In this document: in pieces, positions 25,701-38,414 of the stretch | Numbering within the stretch: the first letter of the stretch is position 1 | Layout of the letters: the number at the start of each line of letters is the position of its first letter | From: Camelus ferus | Lineage: Eukaryota | Direction: 5' to 3' | Length of the DNA stretch: 64,000 nucleotides | Assembly: GCF_009834535.1 (NCBI RefSeq) | Contig: NC_045698.1 | Span: forward strand, 8,186,001-8,250,000 | Made by a program: the position numbers and the translations under genes | Notes under the pieces: generated by a model | What the model saw: only the letters and a program-made list of their open reading frames with translations | Databases searched by the model: none | What the model was told of the DNA's origin: nothing

Positions 25701-26809
25701 GCCACTGTGAATAATCAACACGGACTGTTGATTCTGGGGAAGGTTCTGGGAGTAGGCAGGGAGTTTCCAACTTCTAATATACGAACTACCCATGGTGTTG
25801 AGAAAAATATACGGTCCCGTATTAAAAATGTGCACCTAATTTCACAATCACACTGGATAAAAGGTTCTGAGTTATAAGGTTTAGAGAACGTAAGAAGAAG
25901 CAAACTGCTAAGAATGAACACGATACTAGTCAACCTTAGTGACCTATGGTTTAGAAAAGGAGAGCATTTGGACGGTTTCACATACAAGATAAATGATTTC
26001 TTTGCATTTTCCTTATTACACAGCCCAGTTGCGATCAGATGGTTTAATCAGTCTCTGCAGAAACATGATTGACTTCTTTCCAAAAGACATGCTTCAATTT
26101 TAACTTTATGAGAAATACAGTACATTGCCCTGCTTAAGGGACTTGCTTCTTTTATGGAAAATCTAATCTACACATAATTCTTCTCTTTCTTCTTTATTCC
26201 TTTTCCCAGAGCAAGCGAACATAGCTGCTAAAAAGTGGTTACACTTAAAAGTTACACAAGTTCAATAGCTTGAAATAGCTTTTAGGGTAATATCTGATGT
26301 TGATTTTGAGATGTAAATTACACCACCATGATTGGCATGTACCTTCAACTCGCAGTAGACACGCCTTCTCCCACAGAGGGAAGGTACCTGGCAGAGAGGG
26401 CAGTCAGCTCGATAATGAGGTCTCAATTCTTAAGTGAGCCAAGCTTGGGACTCAAAGGGTGGCCTTGTCAGCGTTCTGCGATCAGCCGCACATTTTTCAC
26501 ACTATTGAACTTCAAATTCAAGCCATGTGGTGCTTTTCTCAGACACCATTCAGTATGCTTAACTTGGCATCCAATCATTCCTTAGGCAGACGATGCCTAG
26601 ACTGCACACGGGATTCCCTGGGGATGATTCGGGAGATAGGGTCCCCACAAAGAGTGGGTCTTCCATCCGTGAGTTAGCCAGAAGCTCTGTGGCACCCTCA
26701 TTAGCCAAAAAGGGGAAGTCAAACACTCTTTCCCTTTTATTCCTTAAATTTCTTGTTAATATGCTCCAGGGAAAAAGATGAGACCAATGAAAGTGAATAG
26801 TAGAAACTA

Positions 26810-26945
26810 TTACTAACAGTAGGACCAAACTGGGACAGTTTTTCCAGAAGAAAAGACTAGAGGGCAGGTTTATTAATACTTACGCCAAGACACTGGCATA
26901 AACCAGCCTGTTCTAGACAAATCAGAAATAGGGGCATCTCCCCAT
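26810..26945. mobile_element. MER94-like hAT-Blackjack relic
   Basis: ccaaactgggacagtttt...tattaatacttacgccaagacactggcataaaccagcctgttc. Confidence 0.6.
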
Positions 26946-28891
26946 AATTAACCAGAAATTTTAAGATTTCATTGTTAGTATTCAAGTAAAAATATTATTT
27001 AGAAGATGATCTGCTCAATCTAACATACTCCCTTTCATCACTGCATACTCTTTCATTAGCTTTAATGTACACTAAACAGCCACTCTGCAACGATTCCAGT
27101 TCACGGAGAAACTCAGTTCACCCCTTGCATCAAAATTCTCGGCAATCAGTGCTTGATCTTATGTCAAACTTAGAAAGAAATTATGTAGGTTTTTATTCTC
27201 TTCCAGCTCCATTTCTACTTTCCAGTCAACTGGCAGTACAGGGCTGTGATACGTTATAATCCTAGGGTGCAGTGTCCTCAAAACTATTTAATAAGACCTG
27301 CAATTTACCTGGAGAATATTGGAATTCCTATGGAAAGCTCTGAGCAAATAAAATGTATTTCCAAATTCCTAGGTCCTACTATTGGATAAGACCATGTTGA
27401 CTGTGGAAAATCCCCAAATGAGAAATACTGGGAAATAATCTAGCCTTACATTCAGAAATCGAGAAGGCTAAAGTCTGTTTTGAAAAGTAAGTACTACACG
27501 GAAATGCTCATAATTATAGCATTATAAAATATATGTACCAGTGTTCAATGCTAACATGATGTTAGATGTATGTTTTTACATATTTGTGATAAAGTAAGTA
27601 CATGTTGGAAAAACATTACTCAAAACAGATATATCCCCTTCCCCTCAAAAAATTTAACTTCCAGGTAGCACAGATAAAGTTATTCCTGAAGGTCTATTAT
27701 CTATAAACTTGTCAACCATCTTTTAGCTTTTATATGCTGAGTACACTAGTTTGCAAACAAATATAATCTGAATATAATCATGTATATATTTGTCAGTGCC
27801 TGACTGTCCCTCATGAAATGATATAACCTGTACAGAAAACACAGTGGCCAGAAAGACAGGATTTTTGGATTTAGAAGAATATATTTTTGTTCGTCTAAAC
27901 AGCTGAAAACATAATGTATTACAATTATATTGATTTTTTTTTAAAGGATAATAGTTTTTCTGTGAGGCAAAGTTTTAAAAAATACTACATCTAAATCACG
28001 GTTGGTATTTAATTGTGTTTGTTACTGAAATGTGTCATAGCATTAATAACAAAGAAACTAGCGGTATTTTAGAATCTTCTTGCAACTGTGTATAATCTTG
28101 TATAATTTCAGTTGCACAGAGTAGAGTTGATGTAAGTGTAAAAACTGCTCATCAGGCCATTTTATTATTGAGCTCATTATATTCACAATTAAAACCAAAG
28201 AAAAGTTGTTCAGCTCTCCAACAAGGGATGGGAGCCGTCTCGAACTGAACTCGGGGAAGTGGCAGGGCGACTGCTCAGCTCCATGGCCATGTCTGGGACA
28301 AAGTCTATCAGTCAAACTGTCTTCTCCCTTAATCATCAGTTAATGTGACTATTAACAAGATATTTTCTCCAATATGTGCTTCCATTAGCATAATTCTGGG
28401 CCCTAATTACCTTATGCTTTTTTTCATCTTTAAATATCTGACATTAAAAATTGCAGCAGCAAACAGGCCCATGTGGCTTTCTAATCTAGTCTTTTTCCAA
28501 ACTTGTCAGGGATGACGTTCTTTTATGTGCCTTTGAGTCCAGTTTCTTTGGATTACTTCTTAAGACTTTAAAAGATTAAAAGTAATACACATGTATGGTT
28601 TAAAAGTTAGAAATTCAGTAAAGTTAAAAAAAAATTAGAATCACTTCTATGCCCATAAATCAAAGACAATCATTGTGAACATTTCATTGCATTTTCTTCC
28701 CCTATTATCCATTAATGTCTATTTAGTTTTTTATTTTATACTCTACAAAATTAAAATCGTACTACTTTTTTTACTTGTCCCTGTTTTATTAGTATTTCTC
28801 CCAGTCTTCACTCCTTAGAGAAATAAATCATAATGGCAATGTACCCAGCCATGACGGACATACTAAACCATTTTAAAGTTACTTTATTTTT

Positions 28892-29006
28892 AATGTGAAA
28901 ACGGGTATATGTGGGACTGGAACAGTTGTTCTGTACACCAGAAATTGACACATTGTAATTGACTGTACCTCAATTAAAAATAAAATAAAATAATAAAATA
29001 AAAAAT
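28892..29006 (+). mobile_element. Very short camelid-type L1 3' end
   Basis: ctgtacaccagaaattgacacattgtaattgactgtacctcaatt plus a (TAAAA)n tail; TSD aaagttactttattttt / aaagttgccttattttt. Confidence 0.9.
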
Positions 29007-32000
29007 AAAGTTGCCTTATTTTTGATCATTTAGTTTATTTCCAATTTATGTTGATTATATATTTTATTTTAGTAAATACTTTGGCTATATCATTGTATAT
29101 GCATAAATAAATGTAAAATATATATGGCTATAATAAATTGTAAAGTTCTGATTGTTTTCCTTAATCAGATTTTTAGAGGTGGCATTGTGAGGACAAATAA
29201 TAAAACTATTTGTGTTCTTAATTAATTTTACAAATTCGTTTCCAAAAAATACTTACAGTTAGTTTGACAAAAGTTCAAGACTTGAAGCCATATAAGCCTT
29301 TTTAAAAAATCTAAATTTAATATTAAGATTTAACTGCAGAGTCAAATACAAACTGGAAATTCTCAGTAAGTCAACTTCCTAGTTTCATAGAATACAGGAA
29401 TATGTAAGATCAATAAATTATACACATGCTAAGCCCAAGTAGATTAGAATGTTGGAAAAAAGACCACTCTGCCCTTTATAAAGCGCACAGGACATCTACT
29501 TACACGTCATCCCTACTTTCCTTAAAAGAACTGTAACTGCAACTCTCTCCAATAGTAAAACTCAACACGCTTATATGTAATTGGCTTAACTTGTTTTGTT
29601 CTGATCATATTCAACTTAATTTAGCAAGAGAGAACAAGCGGGATTTTCACTGGGTTATGGTTTCTTTCATCACACTGCTCACAGGTAAACACCTGACACA
29701 GTGCCAATAATTGTTCATCCTTTCATATTTTTATAATGACAGTATCTCAAATTGGAATCTAGAGTTTATGAGAATGTAAGACTCCCATCAGTCTCTTCCT
29801 TTATTTAACAATAGCTCAATATTTCTTTATTCTACTGAAGAGACATTCATGCAGTACTCCACTGGAGCTTCCAGGAAATAGCCATGAAAAAGGTACTACA
29901 CACCCACCCAACAGAGACGTTCTATCTGGGCACCAGGACTTCTGCTACATAGGATGTGGAAACAAAACATGTGCATGTTATTAAAGTGGTTTGTGTATTG
30001 ATATTTTTCTCTTGTTTTGTATAAACGTATAAAACTAAAGATAGATATATATTAGATAGATTGACAGATTAAAGTTTCTTATGCAAATACCAAAGAGATA
30101 GCTAATTAGTCTGTTAAAAGATTTGGCTTAGTGACTCTTTATTATCAAAATAAAACTAACATTGACACAGAACAAGTAAGCACAGAAAATCAACTGTATT
30201 AGCTGATTAGAAACATATGACGTAACATTCAAGCAATAATCCGTTCACCCTTGGTAGAGGAAAGAATCGTTAGTTTGAAGAAACGTCACAATTTCCTTAT
30301 CATGTGTCCCAAACAGTTCTGGGAAATGTGTTTCTCTTTGCTGAAGACTTAGTGCTCAAGGGGCGAGCACAGGGTAGATTCAGATGTGTTGTGTTCTGGC
30401 TTTGAACCTAAACTACTTCCGAGGTTTATGGAAAGAAAAGGACTTGAATCGGCACAATAGGAAGGGGGAACTGTGTTATGGGATTGCAGTCGTGATGCGT
30501 GCCATGAAGCATGTAGTCCAAGTCTGTACTGATTTATACCTGCACGTGAAGAAAAGCCACTGATGTGACCCAGTGAAAATACACTGGCACTGTGGCGCTG
30601 GCATCCAACACAGGCCACTCTTGCTTTGCAACAACAAATCCAGATTTTGACTTCAGTCTCCAAATATATACTATTATTCTATAGTATCCAATATATAATA
30701 TATATTCAAACACAAGCTGATAGCAATGGATTAAATTCTCTAATTAAAAATTCTTTTCTAAGTTTTTATCTTTATTTTCCTCTGTTTTGATGATCTATTC
30801 TTTTACTCGTCCTTGCATTCTTTTAAGTTATATGCCATTACCTCTACGAAAAATTAAACCAAATATGACATTACTAACACTCTAAATAATGAGAATGAGA
30901 AAATGGCACAACAGAGGAAACATTTTTCATCTGGAAATCACAGAAAATCAGATTTGAATTCCATCTGTTATTTCTCAACAGCATAAACTTGAGCAAGATT
31001 TTTAAACACTCTGAGTTTCAGGCTTCTTTTCCAAGATAGCATCATAATATCAACTTAGTTGGTGGGCTTAGCAAAAAGTATGCATTGGATAAACTGTTAG
31101 TTTCCATCCACTTAATCCATTTATTCCACACTGACACCAGCTGTTTACTGGGTGCTTAGCCACTGCAAGTTTTCATTTACACATGTGGATAAGTTAAGTG
31201 ATTAATTACGTTCCATCAGTGGTGCAGAATATTGGCTTTGTTTCACTCCGTTCAGAAACGGTAACTAGAAAAAGCTAACTCATGTACCCTGACATTGACT
31301 TCATGCCAGAATTCAGGAGAATTAAGACACTTAGAAGTCAGGAAGGGACAACTCAACAACTGACCTAACACACTGTGGAAGCTGATATGGGTCCTAAATG
31401 AATGACTGGGCACTGGAACGCTAGTACCACCTAATAACTTTTTGGGGTTCCGTAGAAAATACACAAAGCATTTTCTATCCTTTAGAACCACATATGCTGA
31501 AAAGTATTCACAAAAATATGAATTTGCCTACAATTGCCTTAAATGACTCTAGTCAAAAACAGGAGAAAATTGTGTACCCTTATATAGACAAAGCAATTCT
31601 CTCAAACACGGTTCACTGAAATGTCCCAAAAGTATTCAGTTCAGTTCCTCTAAGGCACCAGTGGCTGTGCTAAGAGCAATGGGAAAATTATGGAAGTATT
31701 AGATGGTGCCGGTCCACGTATCTGCAACAGTAATTGTCAGTAACTGACCAGTTCTGGGAACCTGGCGGCCTGTAGGGCCTTGCTATCATCCTCTCCTGTT
31801 CAAGGTGGCCACTGGGACCTGCGGACAGCCACGTGTGGGTAGAGCCTTGAGCTGCACTGAGGTCCTGCTGGACGGCGCTGGTACCCAGGAGCGTGGATGG
31901 GGCGTCTGAATGTGGGGAGAACTGCCAAGCAGGGATCTACTCGGGGTAGGGGAGGCCCATTCAACCCCAAGTGAGCATGAGGGGTCTACTTGCCAAAGAA

Positions 32001-32013
32001 AGCCAAGAGGAGC

Positions 32014-32322
32014 CGTCTTGGCTTCCTAGGGCTCACGTAAAACAGTGTCCCAAAGTGGGGGGACTTATGATGACAGAAATTTACTTTCTGAGGGCTCTGG
32101 AGGCTAGCAGTGTTAGGTCAAGGTGTCAGAAGGACACATTCTCTCAGAATATTCTAGAAGGGATCCTTTCTTTCCTCTTCCAGTTTCTGGTTGTTGCTGG
32201 CAATGCTTGGCAGTCTTTGGTTTCTAGAGGCATCACTTCGACTTTTGCCTCCTGTTATCATACGGCATTCCCCTGCGTGTGTCCCCGTGTCCAGACTGCC
32301 TGTGTGTGTGTGTGTGTGTATA

Positions 32323-32360
<38 letters not shown>

Positions 32361-32460
32361 CAATCATATTGGAGTATGGCCTGTCTTCATCCAGGGTGAC
32401 TTCATCCTACCCTGATTTCATCTACAAAGACCCTATTTCCAAATAAAGTCAACATACAGT
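32014..32460 (-). mobile_element. MaLR LTR (MLT1B/C-like) containing a (TG)n(TA)n microsatellite at 32301-32357
   Basis: cttcctagggct...cagaaattta...ggtcaaggtgtcag...caaagaccctatttccaaataaagtca. Confidence 0.85.
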
Positions 32461-34004
32461 TTTCAACATGTCGTAACAAGGACTCAGTGGCCAGCTGTGC
32501 CTCCCTTTCCCTTACGTCTGTGAGGGTTGGGGGTGGGGTGGTCCCAAGAGCAAAGAGGCTTCTCGTAGGTGCCTCAGCAGGGACTGGTGGTCTGGCTTTG
32601 CCACACAGGCTGTGTGCCTTTCTCCACCAATGCCTAGGGTCCCCATGCATGATGATACTCAAACCATAAGACAACTCCTGAGTGAACCAATGAAAAAAAT
32701 CCCTAATATTAATAAAGGTCCATTTATAGAAGCCTTGAGGTCAAAGGGAGGGAATTTTGGCAAAACAAACATAGAGCTGGTGAGGTGGAAATGCTGGGAG
32801 GCAGAACTGAAAACTAGAAAGGACGCATTCTGCAATGCACTCAGATTTTTGTTGTTGTTGTTAGGCAGCAAATTCTATAAATAATAACATGAAAACCAAT
32901 TTTCTAAAATAAAATGTCAGTTTGCAATGCATTCTTTCTCAACAATTAAATGTAAGTGTAAACATAACAGAGTATTTAAATGGAAGTTTGGACACAGACA
33001 TAAAACAGCACGGATCAGATAGCAAAATGAGGTGCAGACTTCCATGCAGGTTTTCAGCGAACCCAGCTCCGTGACTTGTGCTAATCACCCATGATGCTGA
33101 CAAGTATTCCAGTCTGCCTCCCAGACACCAGCGAGGACTGGCATTTAACCCAGCCCAACAGGGTTCAAAGCAGTCATGTGACTTCCTCTGGCCAAGGACA
33201 CGGGGCTAGGGCTGCCGACCGCCACCGGAGGAAGCTTTAGAGCTGGTACGCTACCTGCCACGCTCACAGTCCATCAGGAAGATGCTTCTGCGTGCCTTTA
33301 AGCCTGTGGTGACTATTAGAGGGGAAACAAGAGATTCATACCCTGACTCTGAACTGGAAAAGCTAAAAAGGGCAAGAGAGGGGCTGTCTGGCTGCTGAGC
33401 AATGGTCTGAAGGAGAGGTGACTGCAGAGGAGGCAGCTGCCCAAGAGAGCAGGTGGGGAAAGGGGTGAGGATTCCTTGGACCGGATGTGGGTTACAAGAG
33501 AGTGGGTCAGGGATAAGGGGCATCTTGACAGGCAGACTCCACAGGGAGAGGCCAGAGGCTGCCGGAGAGCACATATCTGCAGCAAGGGAACCGCAGGTGT
33601 GGGTTCTTCAGAGAAGGTGGTGGGGAGGGATGGTGCTGATGTCAGGAAGCTGGAACTCACACCAATGCCAGCTGTGAAAGGACTTCCTGCACCTCTCAGC
33701 TCTCTGGGGCCCTCTCCTCTCTATTTCCCCACCATGATCACACACATACCTACATGCACACACAGCACACATGCCCCTCTGGAGGGGCCCGTCATTCCCT
33801 TCCCTGGTGACCCAAAGGAAACCCTTCCTCCTGCAGGACACCTCCCCTGGAGGGCGACTGAAGAGCCATAACTTTGAATGGAAGAGAAAGCTTTCTTTTT
33901 GTTTTTGAAACTGGAAGATTTGACTATCATATCATAGGTATTACAAATATCAAATTGAGACTACATTTTAAAAATTAAAGTAACTTTTAAACATATTTAT
34001 TAAC

Positions 34005-34270
34005 CAAATATTCAAAATATTTAACAACCAGTATGGCATGGGCACCCATCCCTGAGAATGGGCACCAACGATGTTGGGGCAGAGTCTTGGGGGCCATTTG
34101 TTGTGCTTTTTAGCTGCTGAGACATGGAGAATTGGGTGGGGGGTGGTTACAGGGGGGAAGTCAGCACGGCCTGTGGCGGCTGGCAGTGGATGGGTGAGGT
34201 ATACTCAAGGCAGTTGGCTGCTACCAACCCACACACAAGTTGGGTGGTATTTTAACAGCCCACTTGGCTG
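34005..34270. mobile_element. hAT-Tip100 relic (ORSL-like)
   Basis: ttcaaaatatttaacaaccagtatggcatgggcacc resembles the recalled element end. Confidence 0.5.
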
Positions 34271-35689
34271 ACAAGGGCTGCCTGAAAACCACGGGCCAAG
34301 GAAGGAGTTTCCTACTGAATGTATTTTAAAGGGATAGTGGGACCTAAATAAAGTTGCTTGTAATTGCATCTCATGAATCTTGATTGTTTGAAATACCAGT
34401 TATTTACACTAAACTAAGCAAGCTGCTTAGGGATGGTCTGATATACACAACCATGTCACACTCAATTTTCCTAAGGGCGAGATTATAGAAATTGGGAGGT
34501 AAAACCGACCCCTAAATCAGGTCATGAAAAATTGTTCTGGGAAGCAAGAGATGGAAGAGAGAGGAAGAACCTTCTGAATCGTGGTTTTAAAAATAAGGTG
34601 ATGTTTTAGCCCCTGTGTGGAATTACAGAATTGTCATTTTATCCCAACTGTGCACATTCAAGGATTAGCTATGCCACTTAGTTGTTATTGCTGTTAACAT
34701 CATTTGTACCAAATGATTTATAACAGCCCCAACGGTAACACATAACTCTAGTAACAACTGATATGTGATCTAGAAAAGCATCAGTTTGAACACTGAGTTT
34801 ATGGATTTTGGTGCTAGGCTTATTGAATAATTTGTTAAAATTATAAAAAAAATTTAGTTAATAATAATTAAAAAAAAAAAATCAGTAGGCAACAGGTGGG
34901 CTACATCCCTCCTTACCCAGTAGCCAAGAAAACAAAACCAAACAAAACAGAATATTACCCCGATATTTCAAAAACTTCAGAGATGTTAGATTTGCTTGCC
35001 TTATTAATGTCTTATGAATGTGTTTAATTTTGTTTTGTTTTGTTTCTTAACAAACAAACAAAAAGAACCAAGTTCTGGTTCTACAGGTGCTACTATAAGA
35101 ATGCAGGGAAAAGGATCTAATTTAAAATGTTTAAGTTTTTATTTCACACTCTAAAGTGCCTTTATAAGGTAGAAAATGCTTATCCACCATTCTTATCTTG
35201 ACTGAAATATATTTTTTAATCCTAGAATTTGAGCTCTGATGCTAATAAGCCCAAAGAATGAAAAAGAAAAACAATTGTCTAGGTGTCTAAACTCTTCACT
35301 TAATGTTAATTCTAAACAAAACACAAACAATTCATTGTTCTTGCTTATCATGAGGTCAAATAAATGCTTTTAATGCTGTTAGAAAAATACCATTTGTTTA
35401 TTTTAAGGTTGTTTATAGATATAATATGATTGTTTATAAGGCAAAGCTAAGCTTTTGTCTCACGAGGATTTCATTGCCCCTGTATTTGAAGGCAAATTAA
35501 CTGATCAACTGTTCCAAATGCATAGTGAATTGGTGGAAAACTCAGCCTTTTCGGGCTTTGTCAGTGAGCACATGCAGCTACAATATCCCAGCCAAAACCT
35601 ACACTGTTGTGATGCCAACCAGATTTGGATCAGCTCTCCACCAAGAAGCTAGTCTCTGCCAACTAACAGCGACAAATAGCAGGTGGCAT

Positions 35690-35924
35690 TATAGAGGCCG
35701 GGAACCCACTGAGGACTGTGAAGTGGAGGTGGAGGCTGTGCATCCAGAGGATAAAGACACACGGAGCTCAGAAAAGCAGACTCTGAAATCATCTGGTCCC
35801 CACTGACTCCACTGAGTCACAACCAACCCTAATTGTCACTTCGTGAGAAGTGAGATGCTAAATTAATTTGTTAGATTGGTTGGTTTCTCTGTTACAGGCA
35901 GCTAATAGCATCCTAACTGATACA
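35690..35924 (+). mobile_element. Old MaLR LTR 3' part (MLT1K/L-like)
   Basis: End ttctctgttacaggcagctaatagcatcctaactgataca. Confidence 0.65.
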
Positions 35925-35984
35925 ATATTACTATTTTTTAGATGGCCCTTAGTGCAATATGAAATTATATTATCCATTGCTCAG

Positions 35985-36115
35985 TTATCTATCATCTGTC
36001 TCCTTCACTGGAATACACTTTCTTTGTAAAGAAAAGATAGTTTCCATCTCATTCTCTGCTGTATCCCCAATATCCACAATGTCTGGCACACAGACACTGA
36101 ATAAATGTTGACTTA
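35985..36115 (+). mobile_element. L2 3' end
   Basis: ctgtctccttcactggaat...ctgctgtatcccca...tctggcacacag..ctgaataaatgttg. Confidence 0.7.
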
Positions 36116-37227
36116 ACATAAGGCAGCTTTTGTTGGATCCAATGAATATAACATCAGTCCAAGGAATTCACCATCTTTACAGTTGCCAGATAGCATGATC
36201 TAATGCAGTTTTATTCCAAGAGATTTGGAAAGATCCCTTCTTTTCATAGAATTAGCATAAGCCAAGTGCTGGAAAAATCCTTCTCAGACTTAGCATAGAG
36301 CTGGTCTGTCTACACTGAACTGACACATCTCTTTATCCCACACTCCTTGCCTTCTGAAGATCTTGGCTTCAACAGGCTCTCAACCTAACATCGTTTTTAT
36401 AAAATGAGTTACTGCTTACATTTCTATAATACATATAGTAAATTTCACTTGGAAGATTCTTTCCTTGGGCCGCCATATATGTCAAAATCTGGATCAGTCA
36501 AAGGTGCTACTGGTAAATTCTATCATAAAAACTACAGAGCACATTATTCCACATGTCATGTCATCCTAAAAATTTCTAGGACTAGAGTGTTGGGCTGCAT
36601 GTCACACTGTGCAATGGAATAGTCATGCCTCCAGTGATGGTGTCAGTGGGTAAAACTTAAAGCTCTTATAAATGACTAACACCACTGGAGAGAGTTGTAT
36701 TGTCAAGTTATCACATCCATTTGTTCAATATGTTAGTACTGGGAAGCGAAGCCAACAGCTCCCCGGGTTTGCTCCACTAACGCCCAGCTCACAGCGGGCT
36801 TCTGCTAGAAGTCTCGTATTATCAAAGCTTCAAGACAATGCATGAGTTTCTGGAAAGATACCAATTTCAAATTTAAAAATACGTTCCAGAGTAGGCCTCT
36901 ATGCAAGTTCTCTCATATTTCTGAACAAAAAAATGAGTTCAATCATTAACCACTAATAGAGAGTGAACTGTGTCCTGGCTGTCTCCCTTCTACAGATTAT
37001 CAGGTCAATATATAGTTACCGTTGAAATTCTTGAAACAGTAGATTTATATTTAAGATAAAAATGAACCATGTTCCACAGCTAAGAGATAGAAACATAAAA
37101 TTATACTAATATGCAACAGTAACCAAAGGTATCCTGTTTTTCAGGAGTGTATTATAATTGGCATATGTGACATTGTCCCTATTGTTAACATTTTTCCTAT
37201 ATTATCTCATTAAAAATTAACGGCTGA

Positions 37228-37734
37228 TACCTCACTATAGTTTTGATTTACATTTCTCTGATGATTAGCAATATTGAGCATTTTTTCATGTGCCTATTGG
37301 CCATTTGTATGTCTTCAGCAACATACATGGACCTGGAGATTGTCAGTCTAAGTGAAGTAAGCCAGAAAGATAAAGAAAAATACCATACAATATCACTTAT
37401 ATGTGGAATCTTAAAAAAAAGACAAATGAACTTATTTACAAAACAGAAACAGACTCACAGACATAAGAAACAAACTTATGGTTACCAGGGGGTAAAGGAG
37501 TGGGAAGAGATAAATTGAGAGTTCAAGATTTGCAGATACTGACTGGTATATATAAAATAAATAAACAACAAGTTTGCACTGTATAGCACAGGGAACTATA
37601 TTTGATTTCTTGTAGTAACTTATGGTATAAAAGAATATGAAAATGAATATATGTATGTTCACGTATGACTGCAGCATTGTGCTGTACACCACAACACTGA
37701 AAACTGACTATGCGTCAAGAAAAGATGTATATAT
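37228..37734 (+). mobile_element. 5'-inverted, truncated camelid-type L1 (inverted arm 37228-37316)
   Basis: Antisense ORF2 piece (gttttgatttacatttctctgatgatt...ggccatttgtatgtcttc) joined to a sense 3' end; TSD aattaacggctga / aattaatgactga. Confidence 0.9.
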
Positions 37735-38085
37735 AATTAATGACTGAATATTGATCTAATCAATGAATGCATTGTGATTTTTTAAAACTATGCATCTTTT
37801 ATTGAGGATTACTTTGTGTTTTTCTTATTAAATTATAACTAAATTTTTATGCGTATCTTTTTTTTCTATTTCCTTAGGATTGATTTCTGCACACTGAATT
37901 AAAGGGTCAGTGTTTGTAACCGTTTTTACGGATGGCAGACACAGTGCCACTTAAAAAATTGTGAGACTATCTTCTGTCCCTGTCTGTAGTTTGTAAGTGT
38001 CATAGGGGTCACCACAATCAAGCTAGCACTGGGGATTACAAAATGTGTATTTCTCAGTTTTGTAGGTAAAAGTGGTGCATCTTCT

Positions 38086-38414
38086 GGTTTTACTCTGCTT
38101 GGGCTGCTAAAACAATATCAGAGACTAGGTGCCTTCTAAGTAACAGACATTCACTTTCTGCAGTTCTAGAGACTAGAAACCAGAGACCAGGGGTGCAGCA
38201 TGATCTGCTCTAGTGAGGACCCTCCTCCGGCTGCAGAGTTGTTTTCTTACACCCTTCCATGGCAGACAGGGGGCTGGAGAGCTCTCTGGGTCTCTTTTAT
38301 TAGAGCAGTAATCTCATTCATAAAGGTTCCACCACCCCCTCGCCCCACCCAGCACATTGGGGAATAGAATTTCAATCTATGAATTTAGGGGGACACAAAC
38401 ATCAGTCCATAACA
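38086..38414 (-). mobile_element. MLT1A-like MaLR LTR
   Basis: gggctgctaaaacaatatc...atgaatttagggggacacaaacatcagtccataaca; flanked by cttct on both sides. Confidence 0.85.
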
